Shown: positions 29,078 to 41,993, counted from the stretch's first letter. The stretch: DNA of 64,000 bases from Eledone cirrhosa (GCA_964016885.1 OZ024745.1:97154001-97218000), one strand, 5' to 3'. Notes: generated by a model from the letters alone, not told the origin. Numbers and translations are program-made.

Positions 29078-29078
<1 letters not shown>

Positions 29079-30094
29079 TTGTATAGGAGCAAATTTTGGA
29101 ATAGAATAGAAAGAACTAGGAATAAGGTTAATAGAATAAACTCATGGTATGATAGCAATAAATACCAGATTGTAATGTTCATCAATACAACCCCTAGAAG
29201 TGAACTAGCTTACAAATTTAGAAGGGCCCTAGATAAACTTAAACTAAATATTAAGATAATAGAAAGACCAGGTACCCCCATAAAAACACTTATTATTAAT
29301 ACATACCCTTTTCAAAGACCTCCCTGTATAGATAAGAAATGCATAATCTGTAAACTAAGCCCCCATATTAACTGTAAAACTAGAAACATAGTATATAGCA
29401 TAAGATGTACTGAAGGACAATGTAAAGATAATAATATAGTATATATAGGTGAGACAGCTCGTAGTATAGGAGAACGATTAAATGAACACTCGCGAGAGCT
29501 TCAAGATAGAAAAGAATCATCAGTACTCCACCAACATCCTAAAATAGAACATAAGTGCAAATTAGAGAACATAGAAATAAAAATAAAATCTACACACAGA
29601 AAAGACGCAATGTTTAGACAAATCACAGAGGCAATAAACATAAATGAACTCCAACCAAAATTAAATAGAAAACATGAATGGAATAGCAACATCACAACTT
29701 ACAATTAAGGACAAAATGAAAACACACACACATAGAACAAACAACCAACCAGTAACATGTAAATAAACAAATAAATAAACAAATAAAAACACACACAGAC
29801 ACCCGGATGTAGCACATGCGCAAATTAAGTACACAACACACACAAAAACAAGATGGCGTAGAACAGAACAAAGGAGAAGCACAAAACAAAGAAAAGAATC
29901 CCCATTCACTGAAGAGGTCACAGAATGTATGACGAAAGAACTTTGACAATATATGAACAACCGTCCGGTTGTGGAACCAACCAACCAACCGGAAATTTGT
30001 AAATTTTTAAATTTATAATTTAATTTATAATAAATTGGAGTGAAAGCAACTGGTGCGTGTGTTTCTTATTGGCAACATGATCCTCTCAAAGTAT

Positions 30095-30100
<6 letters not shown>
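29078..30100 (+). mobile_element. 5'-truncated PLE family 2 copy (GIY-YIG domain plus pLTR) in (TA)n
   Basis: ORF 29079-29708 contains CxxxxCxxC, NIVYSIRC, VYIGETARSIGERLNEH, RQITEA...PKLN. TA tracts on both sides. Confidence 0.92.
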
Positions 30101-30183
<83 letters not shown>

Positions 30184-30304
30184 AAAATGGAACGGGGAAA
30201 AATACAGAGAGGCAATACGAACAAAGGTATATTAGTTTCACGCTCTTGAGAGCGGAGGGGACACACACACACACACATATATATATATAAATATATATAT
30301 ACAT

Positions 30305-30405
30305 AATTGTTTCTACTTTTGGTACAAGGCCAGCAATTATCTCTGCTACTTTATATTGTCGACCCCGTAAAGATGAAAGGCTAACTTAACCTCGGCAGGA
30401 TTTGA
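30305..30405 (-). mobile_element. SINE S1 3' fragment
   Basis: Reverse complement of ttcaaatcctgccgagg...ctttcatctttacggggtcga...gctggccttgtaccaaaagtagaaacaatt. Confidence 0.75.
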
Positions 30406-30420
30406 ATATATATGGATTTG

Positions 30421-30460
<40 letters not shown>

Positions 30461-30944
30461 GTGTGTGTGTGTGTGTGTGTACATTTTTCTGTGTGTGTTC
30501 TTTATGCATTGGGTCAATTTATTGTGATGACTCAATATTTTTGCAATTTCAGCAGAATAAATACATATAAGTATTTCGGACGCAACAGATTTGACCTTGT
30601 TACGATTTAACACATCAGTTGATGGTTAAGGTCAATATTACATAATAAGTTTAACCTTTTTATGACTTAACATGTCACATGGTTGTGGTAATTCAGCTTA
30701 GGTTGGTCAACATGACACATGTTTTCTAGTGCAACGTCATATGAAATGTATAATTAATTTGACATTGTAATTTAGTGACATTAGTGAGTCGAGATTAAGC
30801 ATTGCACATTTGCGCCAAATATAGATTTGGTCTCGTACATTATCTGCTTATAGGTGTGTACATCTGACAGACTCTATCAAGCTAGCTGGAAATAGCTTAC
30901 TTTATAAGCATTCTGCGAAATTATTGATTGAATCAAGATTATAG

Positions 30945-31324
30945 CAATGACCAAGAAACTCACTCAGATGGTGGATGGGTGTTACACGAGAATGCTGAGG
31001 ATGGCTCTGAACATTAATCAGTATACACCGAGGATGAAAAACTCAGAGCTGTATGGGAGCCTCCCAAAAGTCAGCTCAAAAGTGACACAGTGGAGACTGG
31101 GGTTAGCTGGACATGCTCACCGACATCCAAAGTTGACATTGCACTCAGTGCCCCTGTGGGAGCCCCTACATGGACACACTGGAAAAGGAAAACCAAGTTT
31201 AACGTATGTTGATGCCCTAAGGACAGACACTGGTCTGTTGGAGACGCAGGACATGTCAGAGATAATGAGGGGCAGAGACCGCTGGAGAGAACTCGTCCAT
31301 AGATCTCGGGAATTTTACCCGCCC
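30945..31324 (+). mobile_element. RTE-type LINE 3' ORF fragment
   Basis: [14 protein letters not shown]...NSELYG.LPKVS...RLGLAGH..RH...LWEP.HG..G.P..TY.D.L..DTG...M..RD.WR, a typical RTE C-terminus. Confidence 0.85.
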
Positions 31325-31370
31325 TATATATATATATATATGTGTGTGTGTGTATATATATATATATGTG

Positions 31371-31437
<67 letters not shown>

Positions 31438-31448
31438 GTATATACATA

Positions 31449-31494
<46 letters not shown>

Positions 31495-31516
31495 TAAACG
31501 CAGATAGTTATCTTCT

Positions 31517-31611
31517 TCTCCTTTGGTGACCATCAGAGAATTTCACTACTGTGATTTACGGATTAATTGGTGAAATATATTTCTTACTTAAAGAAATATA
31601 TACAAAGGAGA
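31517..31611 (+). ncRNA. Type I HHR, G3-C8 core variant (inverted copy of unit A)
   Basis: TCTCCTTTG-GTGACCA-...-GAAA-TATATTTCTT actta AAGAAATATA-TA-CAAAGGAGA, with 9-bp stem I and 10-bp stem III. Confidence 0.75.
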
Positions 31612-31670
31612 TTAATCATTTTAAAAGAACTAGAACTTCAAATATAGATACCTTTTAAAATGATGAATCA

Positions 31671-31759
31671 CCTTTGTATATATTTCTTTAAGTAAGAAAT
31701 ATATTTCACCAATTAATCCGTAAATCACAGTAGTGAAATTCTCGGATGGTCACCAAAGG
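31671..31759 (-). ncRNA. Type I HHR, G3-C8 core variant
   Basis: CCTTTG-GTGACCA-tCC...GGt-GAAA-TATATTTCTT actta AAGAAATATA-TA-CAAAGG. Confidence 0.8.
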
Positions 31760-32235
31760 AGAAGAAGATAACTATCTGCGTTTACAAAGCAAATGCAAAT
31801 CTGTGAATGACTCGAACCACGTGTTGCATTTTTTTTAAATACACAAATTGCACAACGTCATCCCAGTGGCGTAAATAGAACCATCGACAGCCAGAAATAG
31901 CAGCCGAGTCTATTCAACTGAATTAGCTCAACAATCAAGGGGCCGTATATATATCCAAAATTAAAATTAAGGGTTGTCATGTCTGAGAGACATGCACCAT
32001 ATCCACTGTAGAATAAGCTCAAAGATTCCAATGAATATATCCGAGCATTGAATACCAACTAGAGATAGATGTACACATATATATATAAAATAAACATATG
32101 AAACAATCACAGGGAATAATTTATAAAGAATGTAAGCACACATAGCTAGGTAGGTAACTAATTAAAGTTTAACTAGAACTTCAAATATAGATACCTTTTA
32201 AAATGATTATATATATATGTCAATCTATTTCTAGT

Positions 32236-32349
<114 letters not shown>

Positions 32350-32445
32350 AACCATCCTTCCCAGGATTGAGTTCTAACAACGTTATCAACCCCACCACAA
32401 CGGTGGCTTCCTCTGATATATATAAATATATAAATATATATATAT

Positions 32446-32899
32446 ATACGATATTAAACAAATGGAAACTATATTTATAAAACCATATTTATTTCATTAT
32501 ACATATTTCAGGGATACCATATTAGAAATATGGCATGCCTTCTTCAGATAAAATACAATATATAAGCAGTTTTATAAATAAATTTGACGTACCATAAATA
32601 TTGTTCAACTTCCATTTAAAAAAGTTGGTTTGGTAGTCTTTTTTAAATGGAAGTTGAACAATATTTATGGTACGTCAATTTTATTTATAAAACTGCTTAT
32701 ATATTGTATTTTATCTGAAGAAGGCATGCCATATTTCTAATATGGTATCCCTGAAATATGTATAATGAAATAAATATGGTTTTATAAATATAGTTTCCAT
32801 TTGTTTAATATCGTATATCTACTCCAAAACTTGTTGAGTGCTTTATATCAGTTATAAAATATTTACTCGTTGTAACCCAACAATTTTAAATAAAACTTT

Positions 32900-32903
<4 letters not shown>
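32446..32903 (+). mobile_element. Fold-back pLTR-like insertion in (TA)n with an HHR in each arm (plus core at 32715)
   Basis: Arms ~32446-32625 and ~32638-32817 plus a unique tail. TATTTTAT-CTGAAGA-AGG..ATGCCATAT..ATATGGTAT..CCT-GAAA-TATGTA-TA-ATGAAATA. Same family as 38191-38640. Confidence 0.85.
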
Positions 32904-32943
<40 letters not shown>

Positions 32944-33291
32944 GGGGGGGGGTACTGTCGGTTATGTACTGTCTGTGTTTGTGTGTATGTGAGTTATGTT
33001 TAATATTATTGCTGATTGATACGGGTAATATAAATATTTACATAAATCTGACCAGAATGACTAACATACCAGGTGTGTTTGGTCAAAAGGAGCGAACAAG
33101 AGGATTATAACAATGTCAAATAACACAAACCATCTTTGCTAGGAAATAAGACTTTGATGATTATCTGCATTTGGGTCGATATTGTAATTGTTTAGCACCG
33201 GGTTAACCCTGATCCGGATTACATATAGTCAAAAACGTTCCATCTTATGTTTTATTCAGATACAGTTTATGTAGGACAACACTATGGTCCA

Positions 33292-33359
<68 letters not shown>

Positions 33360-33389
33360 CTTTATATATATAGAGATAGATAGATAGAT

Positions 33390-33808
33390 ATATTTCTTTA
33401 TTTACCATAAAGGCATAAAAAGAAGGGACAAATACAAAGGGGGAGTTTACATACAATCGAGTAAAAAGGGTATAAAATGAAAATAATCGAAAATAACCTC
33501 AAAAGGGAGGGGGACGTGATGGGGGTTGCACACACCCCGAAAAAGTGTGCAATCCATTGCCCGGGGAGCACATGGAGAAGGTGCTCCCCTCTCCTTTACT
33601 TCTTTACCTACAGGATGGTATACAGAGAAGGCCCATTTACACGAGCCATTCTCGCCACTATCACCCACCTTTCATAAAACTGCCTGTGGCCAAGCACCTC
33701 TCTCTCCATTCTTATCCTTCTTCCGAAATGATATCGGAAGAAGTAGACCAGACTATGGCCAGAGAGGAAGTTGCCTCACCTTTCAATCGTGTCCACCAAA
33801 CAACCTCT
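33390..33808 (-). mobile_element. 3' fragment of a Tx1-like LINE between (GATA)n tracts
   Basis: Similar to 412-870 (atacagagaaggcccatt..., attctcgccac.atcacccacctttca, agcacctctctctcca). Confidence 0.75.
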
Positions 33809-33863
33809 ATAGATAGATAGATTGATAAATATACACGGGTGTGTATGATTGTGTATAGAAGAT

Positions 33864-34141
33864 TATATTAATAAAAGGAATTCCAACTTTGTCTGATTTA
33901 CTCGTTTTATTTACAATCCTTTAAAATTTATAATGTTATTAGAATGAAATAGTATGGTAGAATATTAAATGTTAAGTGTTAATTGAACAAGTACTTTCAT
34001 GCTTTCGCAATCTTCAGGTTCATAATGTGTGGTGACAGTCAAGTTTAATATTCTACCATACTATTTCATTCTAATAACATTATAAATTTTAAAGGATTGT
34101 AAATAAAACGAGTAAATCAGACAAAGTTGGAATTCCTTTTA

Positions 34142-34148
<7 letters not shown>
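33864..34148. mobile_element. Fold-back insertion with a minimal HHR in its loop (33984-34022, minus)
   Basis: Arms ~33864-33969 and ~34044-34148. TGAAC-CTGAAGA-tTGC gaaa GCAt-GAAA-GTAC-TT-GTTCA. Confidence 0.8.
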
Positions 34149-34192
<44 letters not shown>

Positions 34193-34195
<3 letters not shown>

Positions 34196-34400
34196 GCTAT
34201 TTCACAGCACCAATCCCAATACTTCATTATTGCTGAACCGGCAATCGCTCTGTATAATCAGCTCCTGATTATTATGGGAATTCTATAAGAATCCAGCTTC
34301 TATAATTTTCGGCGAAAGCAGGGGAGTACATGGCTCTGATGAACACCAGCCAGCGTGAAACAGACTTCCAGCTTCTCTCCCTTTATTCGCCGAAAAGTGC
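34193..34400 (+). mobile_element. Diverged relative of the 58905-59638 family with a degenerate HHR (34332-34374)
   Basis: atcgctatttca.agcaccaat...cgctctgta.aatcag...tataagaatcca...ttcggc matches 59327-59530. CTGATGA at 34336, GAAA at 34357. Confidence 0.7.
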
Positions 34401-34554
34401 TTTCGCCGGACTTGTGCTTCGGAGGGAAACTTTCTAGGTTCAAATCCTACGGTCATTCGTGACTGAAGGGGCTCTTTACAATTTTTTATTATTTCAATGG
34501 ACATTCAGCCATGATTAATACTGATATATACCATAATCCACTTTTAGTTCTGTG

Positions 34555-34715
34555 GATGCAGCATTGCCAAATGATTAAGATATTCGCTTGGCAATCATAA
34601 GGTCCTGAGTTCGATCACATAGTGTGGCGTCTTGGTCATCTGTCATTTACCATGATCTTTAGTAGACATAGGACTTGTGATGGAAATTAGATAGACGCAA
34701 ACTGCTTAGAATCTT
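34555..34715 (+). mobile_element. Degenerate tRNA-derived SINE
   Basis: ttgccaaatgattaag (A-box-like) and gagttcgatc (B box). Confidence 0.5.
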
Positions 34716-35908
34716 GTTGAATGACATGTACGGATCAGCCTTGTCATAATGTCATGCTGAGTCTCCCTGAGAATGATGTTAAGGATACCCGTGTCTGGGG
34801 AATACTCAATCACTTGCAAGTAAATAATTCGAGCAGAGTTTAGCGTTGATCGAACCATGGAAGCACTCCCTGTCGAAACCGAGTGAGATCCATTCTATTC
34901 CATTCCAATCCTTTAGTTATTATGAGGGATCTTGAAGATGTCTATAGCTGAATACTAGTCGAGTTTCGAATGGAGAGGGGGGGGGGGGTCTAGCACTAAT
35001 GGAGAAGACTTTTATAGGGTCTTGCAGCTTGCTAGAAACTGCAAAAATAACTGACACACAAATACCACAAAACTTTCACAGAAATAAAGTAAATGTTAAT
35101 TAAATAAAGTAAATGTTAATTAGAACTGTACAGAAAGTCTTGCTATTTTGATATTGACACTTTACTTCGTAAGATAAACAGAAATTACATTAGGCTTACA
35201 ACTAATATACACAACACATATTCTTCCGCATCGCTAAATAACACAACGCCATTTTCAAAATGCAACTAATGTCTTAAAAGCAAAACACATAAACAAAACA
35301 AGCATGATGATAAACTGGCCAGTTATTGATAAAACCATTGCATATAACAACAGATATCAACGCAGCCTAGTAGACAAATCTAACACTCTAGCAAAGAAAT
35401 ATATGCTATTAAAAAAGTCTGAACTAACCTTTAACTGTCGATATAAAGATCAGTAACTTTTAAGGCGCTTCCAAATATATAGTGACTGAGTGTGTGAATA
35501 GAAAGTTTAGATTCACATACTCAAATTCTAAACACATTAAACCCCAACGAAAATATACGTTTTACAGAAATATCTGTAAAATTACAAGAATCAGCTCATA
35601 CATCATGTCAGAAAATATCCCTAATATCATTATAATTACGTTTACATTCGCTAAAACAAAATATCTGAAATATATTTTTATTATTTTCATTACATCTATA
35701 AATTTTAATTTCATTTTTCCTTATATATGCAGTATTTAGTTTTGCTCTGTATGTATATATGTTTTCCATTGCCTATTACATTATATTGTGTAATATTACA
35801 TTATATCATATTATACTATATAATATATTATATTATATTATATTATACTATATTATATTTTATTATATTATATTATATTATGTTATATCATATTATATTA
35901 TAGACCTC

Positions 35909-36093
35909 GTGGGTTGGCAGTATCGGTAGAGGGTCGGACGTCATTCTTTGACGCATAGAGTTACGGCCCTTGCCATTCTGAGTTCAAATCCTGTCGAGGT
36001 TGACTTTGCCTTTCATCCTTACGGGGTCGATAAAATAAAGTACCAGTAATGCACTGGGTAATCGCTGGCCTTGTGTCAAAAGTAGAAACAATT
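35909..36093 (+). mobile_element. tRNA-derived SINE (family S1)
   Basis: Homologous to 10307-10497. Confidence 0.85.
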
Positions 36094-36197
36094 ATATTAT
36101 AGTGCATACATTTCAATCATTATATACATATATGCCCCTTTTCTTCATTATATAATATGCACATTTTTATACATACAAACATTTACACACACACGAA

Positions 36198-36233
<36 letters not shown>

Positions 36234-36257
36234 TATGTATATATATAGAGAGAGATA

Positions 36258-37258
36258 TAGGAAAAAGTATGACCCCGAGTCGTCGTCGACGGCAGAGCTC
36301 AAGCCGTTTCGACAGCTATTTCTGGACTAAATTAGAATTTTTAGCCTAGTGAATAAATAGCCGAACTTTTCAAGGGGTACTTCCTTATATGGGAAGATTG
36401 TAGTTGCCAAGAGGATTGGTTAAACTTTGTTGTAAACACAAATAAGTCTTTCATGGCATTTGGTGGGAGGTAGGGGTGGCTGAACTTGCCTGTAGAACAA
36501 TAGGGGAGTTAGTGGCGCGGTCAAGCGTTGAAAGTGATATGTATACAGCAGATTCTAAGGATAGTGTATGAAGTGGAGGAGGGAGGTTATAGAATAGGTA
36601 AATCGAATGAGAGTAGGAGATAATAAAATATAATAGAAAGAAATAAAAAAATATATAAAATTAGATAGTGAGAAATGAATAAAAAAAAATCACAATACTA
36701 TCTTACAATTACAGGTTAATAAGTTGAGAAATGAAAAAACTTGTAGAAATTGAGTAGTACCAGAACTGATACAAAATTAAAGGGGTCTAACACATCTGCT
36801 ATAAGTAGTTAGTAAAACGTATTCGGCCAATTCTATCTTAAAATTACAGGGGTGTGGGAACTGATGCTACAAAGGCCCGATGGGCTGCATCGGGGTAGGC
36901 GAAAGGGGAAAAGCAGACGAGGAAGAAAATAGGGGGTGGAAGGAAGTGATAGGATGAGACAGGGGGAAGAAGATACCGCCCCCCATACACACACTTTCCG
37001 AATAAGTTAGGGGAAACGCCAGCTTACTTGGTAGATGTATCTCTTTTCTTTTCTTTTCCTCTTTGTCTTCTTCTTCCCCCTGTCTCATCCTATCACTTCC
37101 TTCCACCTATTTATTCACCAGGCTAAACATTCTAATTTAGTCCAGAAATAGCCGTCGAAACGGCTTGAGCTCTGCAGTCGGGGTCATACTTTTTCCTATT
37201 TCCCACTCTACTACCCTAAGTATTGAGTACTCTGGTGCGTTATGGTCCATCTGGTTCC
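36258..37258. mobile_element. Family H insertion with long inverted 5' part; U3-A8 HHR on minus strand (36272-36378)
   Basis: 36258-36358 is inverted relative to 37107-37199. Minus strand ACCCC-TTGAAAA-GTTCGGCTA...TAGCTGTC-GAAA-CGGCT..., with a small duplication near the cleavage site. Confidence 0.8.
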
Positions 37259-37296
37259 TTACCACAATTCCTTTGTTATATATATATATATATATG

Positions 37297-37790
37297 ATAG
37301 AATAACAGGAGGCTAGACTAGTGTAATTCCTTAAAGGTTTATTATACTATGAACATTGCAATGACCGGATTCAGTATGAAACCGGTGACATCATCAGGTA
37401 TTCAAAATTTAACAAAGGAATATAATAGACATAATCCTTCAAGGTGGCCGACCGGACTATAAACTGCTAAATGTTTGGCCACCCTCTCGTCTCTCTGCCA
37501 TTTCAGCCCCATGGATTGTGTCTATTATATTCCTTTGTTAAATTTCGAATACCTGATGATGTCACCGGATTCATACTGAACCCGGTCATTGAAATGTTCA
37601 TAGTATAATAAACCTTTAAGGAATTACACCAGTCCAGCCTCCTGTTATTTTATAATAATTAACTCCGTACTCGCACCACCAACAACACAAACGAAGACGG
37701 GTGAGTTGCATTTCGTCGAGTGCTCTCCCTAATATTACATCAAGGTTGACTATACGGAATGACCTGTGAACCAACAAACCTAAATGAATA
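37297..37790 (+). mobile_element. Fold-back insertion in (TA)n with HHR (37549-37606)
   Basis: Arms ~37300-37432 and ~37518-37650. ATAC-CTGATGA-..ACCGGATTCA tac TGAACCCGGT..-GAAA-TGTTCA-TA-GTAT. The inverted arm has GAAA mutated to GCAA. Confidence 0.8.
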
Positions 37791-37811
37791 CATATATATA
37801 TATGCGCGCGC

Positions 37812-37844
<33 letters not shown>

Positions 37845-37851
37845 TGTGTAT

Positions 37852-38060
37852 AAGGAAAAGAGTCAGAACCCCGACGGCAGAGCTGAAGCCGCTTCGACAG
37901 CTATTTCTGGACTCAAATACAGTCCAGAAATAGCGATCGAAATGGCTTGAGCTCTGCCGTCGGGGTTCTGACTCTTTTCCTTTTACCCACTCTACTACCC
38001 AAATACTCGAGTACTCTGGTGCGTTATGGACCACCTGGTTCCTTACCACACTTCCTTCGT
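37852..38060 (+). mobile_element. Family H fold-back insertion
   Basis: Inverted arm 37852-37913 pairs with 37921-37981, followed by the family tail. Confidence 0.85.
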
Positions 38061-38099
<39 letters not shown>

Positions 38100-38108
38100 A
38101 TATATGTA

Positions 38109-38190
<82 letters not shown>

Positions 38191-38193
<3 letters not shown>

Positions 38194-38640
38194 GATATTA
38201 ATAAATGGAAACTATATTTATAAAACCATATTTATTTCATTATACATATTTCAGGGATACCAAATTAAATTATGGTATGCCTTCATCAGACAAAATACAA
38301 TATATAACAGTTTTACAAATAAGCTTTGACGTACCCTTTTAAAATGCGACCATTATTTTTGGAGGCCATCTGGATCTCCAAAAATAATGGTCGCATTTTA
38401 AAAGGGTACGTCAAAGCTTATTTGTAAAACTGTTATATATTGTATTTTGTCTGATGAAGGCATACCATAATTTAATTTGGTATCCCTGAAATATGTATAA
38501 TGAAATAAATATGGTTTTATAAATATAGTTTCCATTTATTAATATCGTATATCTACTCCAAATACTTGTCGAGTGCTTTATATCAGTTATAAAAATATTT
38601 ACTTGTTGTATCCCAACAATTTAAATAGAACTTTTGCATA
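38191..38640 (+). mobile_element. Fold-back insertion in (TA)n with HHR (plus core CTGATGA at 38451)
   Basis: Perfect arms 38191-38364 and 38375-38549. TATTTTGT-CTGATGA-AGGcATACCA..TGGTATcCCT-GAAA-TATGTA-TA-ATGAAATA. Confidence 0.87.
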
Positions 38641-38813
38641 TATATATATATATATATATATGTAAATACATAATCGGAGAAAGCTAAAAGCGATACTCGG
38701 GCCAGGAAATACCTGAGTATATTCCCAATTAATCGTTTGGAGTGCTAACTATATTGTATTTTGTGGATAATTGGCTGTATTATTTAATATGAGATATATC
38801 AAATATATCATTT

Positions 38814-38944
38814 CCCAGACGACTCGTTTCATTATAAGATTTCTACAAGTTGGGTGAAATTTTATCAAGTTATGTAGAAGCTTGTATAAGAGTATAAGAT
38901 CAACAGATACTTATTCAAGTGGGCTCCTAGAAACCTTCAGTGGG
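38814..38944 (-). ncRNA. HHR-like motif (A9 changed to G) in a pLTR related to the PLE family 1 terminus
   Basis: CCCA-CTGAAGG-long stem II-GAAA-CGA g TCG-TC-TGGG. Adjacent 38663-38740 resembles 22101-22200 (atcggagaaagct...gatactc.ggcca...tatattcccaatta). Confidence 0.6.
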
Positions 38945-39059
38945 TACCCAATAATATTAATATTGATAACCAAATCAACATCAATATTTACCGATAATCA
39001 CCATCAGTGGTTGAGGGGACTGCTAGGGTGTTAGTCCAGCAGTTCTAAAGAAAATGTCG

Positions 39060-39132
<73 letters not shown>

Positions 39133-39135
<3 letters not shown>

Positions 39136-39732
39136 CTAGAAATTGATTAACATATAAATAAACATGAATAATAACAGGAGATAATTTTTACAAGTGTGTA
39201 ACCATACATAGCTAGGTAGGTAACTAAATAAAGTTGACCAGAACTTCAAAAATAGATACCTTATAATATGATTAATCTTCCCTGTATATATTCCATTAAA
39301 GAAATATATTTCACCAATTAATCGGATGGTAAACCAAGGAAGTGGAGACTTGGATTTTCAACAAGGAAGAAGTTCAAGCGATCCGTGTTTACACTTCAAG
39401 TTCAAATCAGTGACTGACCAGCAACACGTGCTATATTTACTAGAAATACACACATCATACTAGCTTCGTCCCAGTGGCGTCGTAAATAGGGTCATCGACA
39501 ACTAGAAACAGCAGTCGAGTCCATTCAACAGAGTTAGCTCTACAATTAAGGAGCCGTATTTATATATCTATATCCAAAATTAAGATAAATCAAATGAAAT
39601 TAATCTAAATCAAAATTATGGGTCTCATGCCAGAAAGACATGCGCCATATCACCCGCAAAATAAGCTCTAAGATTCTAACGAGTAGGTTCGAGCATTTTA
39701 TAATAACTAGAAATTGATTAACATATAAATAA
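39133..39732 (-). mobile_element. HHR-bearing non-coding unit B (571-bp period, 29-bp terminal direct repeats)
   Basis: taactagaaattgattaacatataaataa at 39133-39161 and 39704-39732. Circular permutation of unit A. Confidence 0.85.
39276..39370 (-). ncRNA. Type I HHR, U3-A8 core variant
   Basis: TCTTCCTTG-TTGAAAA-tCCAA...TTGGt-GAAA-TATATTTC tttaat GGAATATA-TA-CAGGGAAGA. Confidence 0.82.
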
Positions 39733-40147
39733 TACAGTGGTCACAGCATTTGATAATTGAGTTTTGCAAATAGTTATAAATTTGCACATAACATAACTAG
39801 GCTGTATAACCACCGTGGAAACATTTGTAAGCACACAGAATAAATTACTTTTTTATGATGTCTACCTGTTATTATTCATTCTTTATCTACACTCCGGAAT
39901 ACAGAAGGATCAGGAACTGAGTTTCTTCAACTATTCTTCCATAACTCGTTGAGTAACCCCTCACCGTACGTCAACTCTATCCAGTGTAGTAATTAACCAT
40001 TACTGCATCCAGGATAATCCTATACCTAATTATATGTTAAAACTAAACCTGAATACTAACCAATACTTATTACTAATTTATACTTATTCCTAATTAAACT
40101 ATTTTTCACTGGGAAATATTTGTCAGCATTTTCTTTTCCTTTTACTA

Positions 40148-40199
<52 letters not shown>

Positions 40200-40538
40200 A
40201 ATTTTAATTATATTTTTATATTATTAGGAATATTTTATATCAACAGAGCCTTAACTCATGATAAAATAAAGTCTAAAATACTCATCCTTCAATTTGTAAA
40301 AACTTCAAATGCTCTGTATAGTCTTAAAGACTATTTCATGAAAACTTTCAGTGGAGATGGTCACGGTTGGATTTCAATCGCCAGCAGAGCTCAACTCGAT
40401 AATCAGGATTCTCACAGATTTATATGCCAAAAAGGGAATTTTAAAACTGGCTAGTTCACCATCATGCATGATTATGAAAAACGCACATGAGGAAAGACAG
40501 GGCTAGTGACGTCAGAATGAGGCGAATGTTTGTTTACA

Positions 40539-40588
<50 letters not shown>

Positions 40589-40596
<8 letters not shown>

Positions 40597-41240
40597 GAAT
40601 AATCGAGTATCGAAAAATCGGCGCACGAGTTCACGATAAACAAAATTCGAGATGAGCGGCAGAGGCCTCCAAAATTCAGATAAATCAGAGCTATAACTAT
40701 CGTTAAAATACCGTCACACGTAGAATATGTCTACAATCAACCATACGACCGAAAAATTGCGATATGGAAGATTCGGGACACTCAGATAAAATATCAATAA
40801 ATCAATAAATCAAATGAATGTAAAAAGCATACCCGGACCCGCTAGAAAGATGGTAAATCTAGCTTCTTGGGTTTCTGTAAATCCTTAAACTGTCCTCTAT
40901 CAGCTCACATAAAAATATATAAGACTTCTAGATGCCAGCGGACTGGAGTTTACTTCCTCAACGAGCTTTAGTCCGAACGAATGAAGAGGCAAAACCCAGG
41001 TTGAAAATACGCACATGGATTTCAGCAAGGGAGATAACCTCTATATCCGCAAAAAATATTCGGGAAAATGTGGAATAACACATATCGAATAAGAGTGCTC
41101 AATAGACATGTTAAAATAAACAGGAGCTATTCATCATTTAATAGAATCGACAAAAAATGAACAATAAAATTAACTGGTCAATAGCTAGGTCTAGAGCTAA
41201 ATATAGTAGAATAATCGAGTATCGAAAAATCGGCGCACGA
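40589..41240 (-). mobile_element. Non-coding unit C (612-bp period, 40-bp terminal direct repeats) with HHR-like motif at 40831-40966
   Basis: atatagtagaataatcgagtatcgaaaaatcggcgcacga at 40589 and 41201. Minus strand GCTCG-TTGAGGA-aGTAAAcTCC...GGATTTACa-GAAA-CCC..GCTAGA..TCTAGC GGG-TC-CGGGT. Confidence 0.72.
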
Positions 41241-41399
41241 TATATATTAAGGAGTAGACGGACCCAGCATATTTATCTATGCCAGGACCGGTTGTATCTC
41301 AGCGTACTCAATAGGTAATGTAGAATACATTACCAGAGTATACACTTAGTTATTCGCTTCAATACAACACACGTAAACGGGTGCCTATAGTAGTTGCTG

Positions 41400-41502
41400 G
41401 ACTCGAGTTTCGGCCACACTTAATGCAGGAGTACGGTGCACTGCACCCTCTGTCTGCATATATTATGCAACAATGCATAATCGGCGCATGTGGCTTCATC
41501 AG
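41400..41502 (-). ncRNA. HHR core with branched stem II; stem I not evident
   Basis: CTGATGA-aGCCACA...TGTGGCc-GAAA-CTCGAG-TC, with palindromic stem III and a GUC site. Confidence 0.6.
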
Positions 41503-41704
41503 TGGGTAACGCCTAATCAATAACCAATCGATCGACAGAATTCAACTCCAGTCCATGCCGGCTATGACTGTTTGTGACGGCCGTAACAGTAAAGCGATTA
41601 GCAACTGGAATCTGATGTAATTCTGTCCCCCGATCGAGCACCGATTTACAAATGTACGTGGTGGTAGGAGATTAGAAAAACATATATATATGTATGTATG
41701 TATG

Positions 41705-41760
<56 letters not shown>

Positions 41761-41764
<4 letters not shown>

Positions 41765-41993
41765 AACGAGTAGGACCCCGACGGCTGAGCTCAAGCCGTT
41801 TCGACGGCTAATTCTGAACTAAAAAAAATAAAAAAATAAAAATTTTTTTTTTTTTAGTTCAGAATTAGCCGTCGAAACGGCTTGAGCTCAGCCGTCGGGG
41901 TCCTACTCGTTCCTATTACCCACTCTACTACCCTAAGTATTGAGTACTTTGGTGCGTTATGGTCCACCTGGTTCCTTACCACATTTCTTTTGT
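41761..41993 (+). mobile_element. Family H fold-back insertion in (TA)n
   Basis: Perfect arms around an A/T-run loop, followed by the family tail. Confidence 0.87.

Larger units (their letters stand above)
31496..32207 (-). mobile_element. HHR-bearing non-coding unit A (543-bp period, 37-bp terminal direct repeats) plus inverted partial copy 31496-31627
   Basis: aactagaacttcaaatatagataccttttaaaatgat at 31628-31664 and 32171-32207. (TA)n on both sides. Homologous to 39133-39732. Confidence 0.85.

Noticed and set aside
31858-32058. 66-aa ORF inside unit A as a possible circRNA-encoded peptide
   Set aside because: The homologous frame in unit B has stops (…YSLES*SLFCG*), so it is not conserved.
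32141-32162. Splice-donor-like or spliced-leader-like ctagGTAGGT conserved in units A and B
   Set aside because: It is on the strand opposite the HHR, is not evident in unit D, and has no Sm-site or acceptor support.
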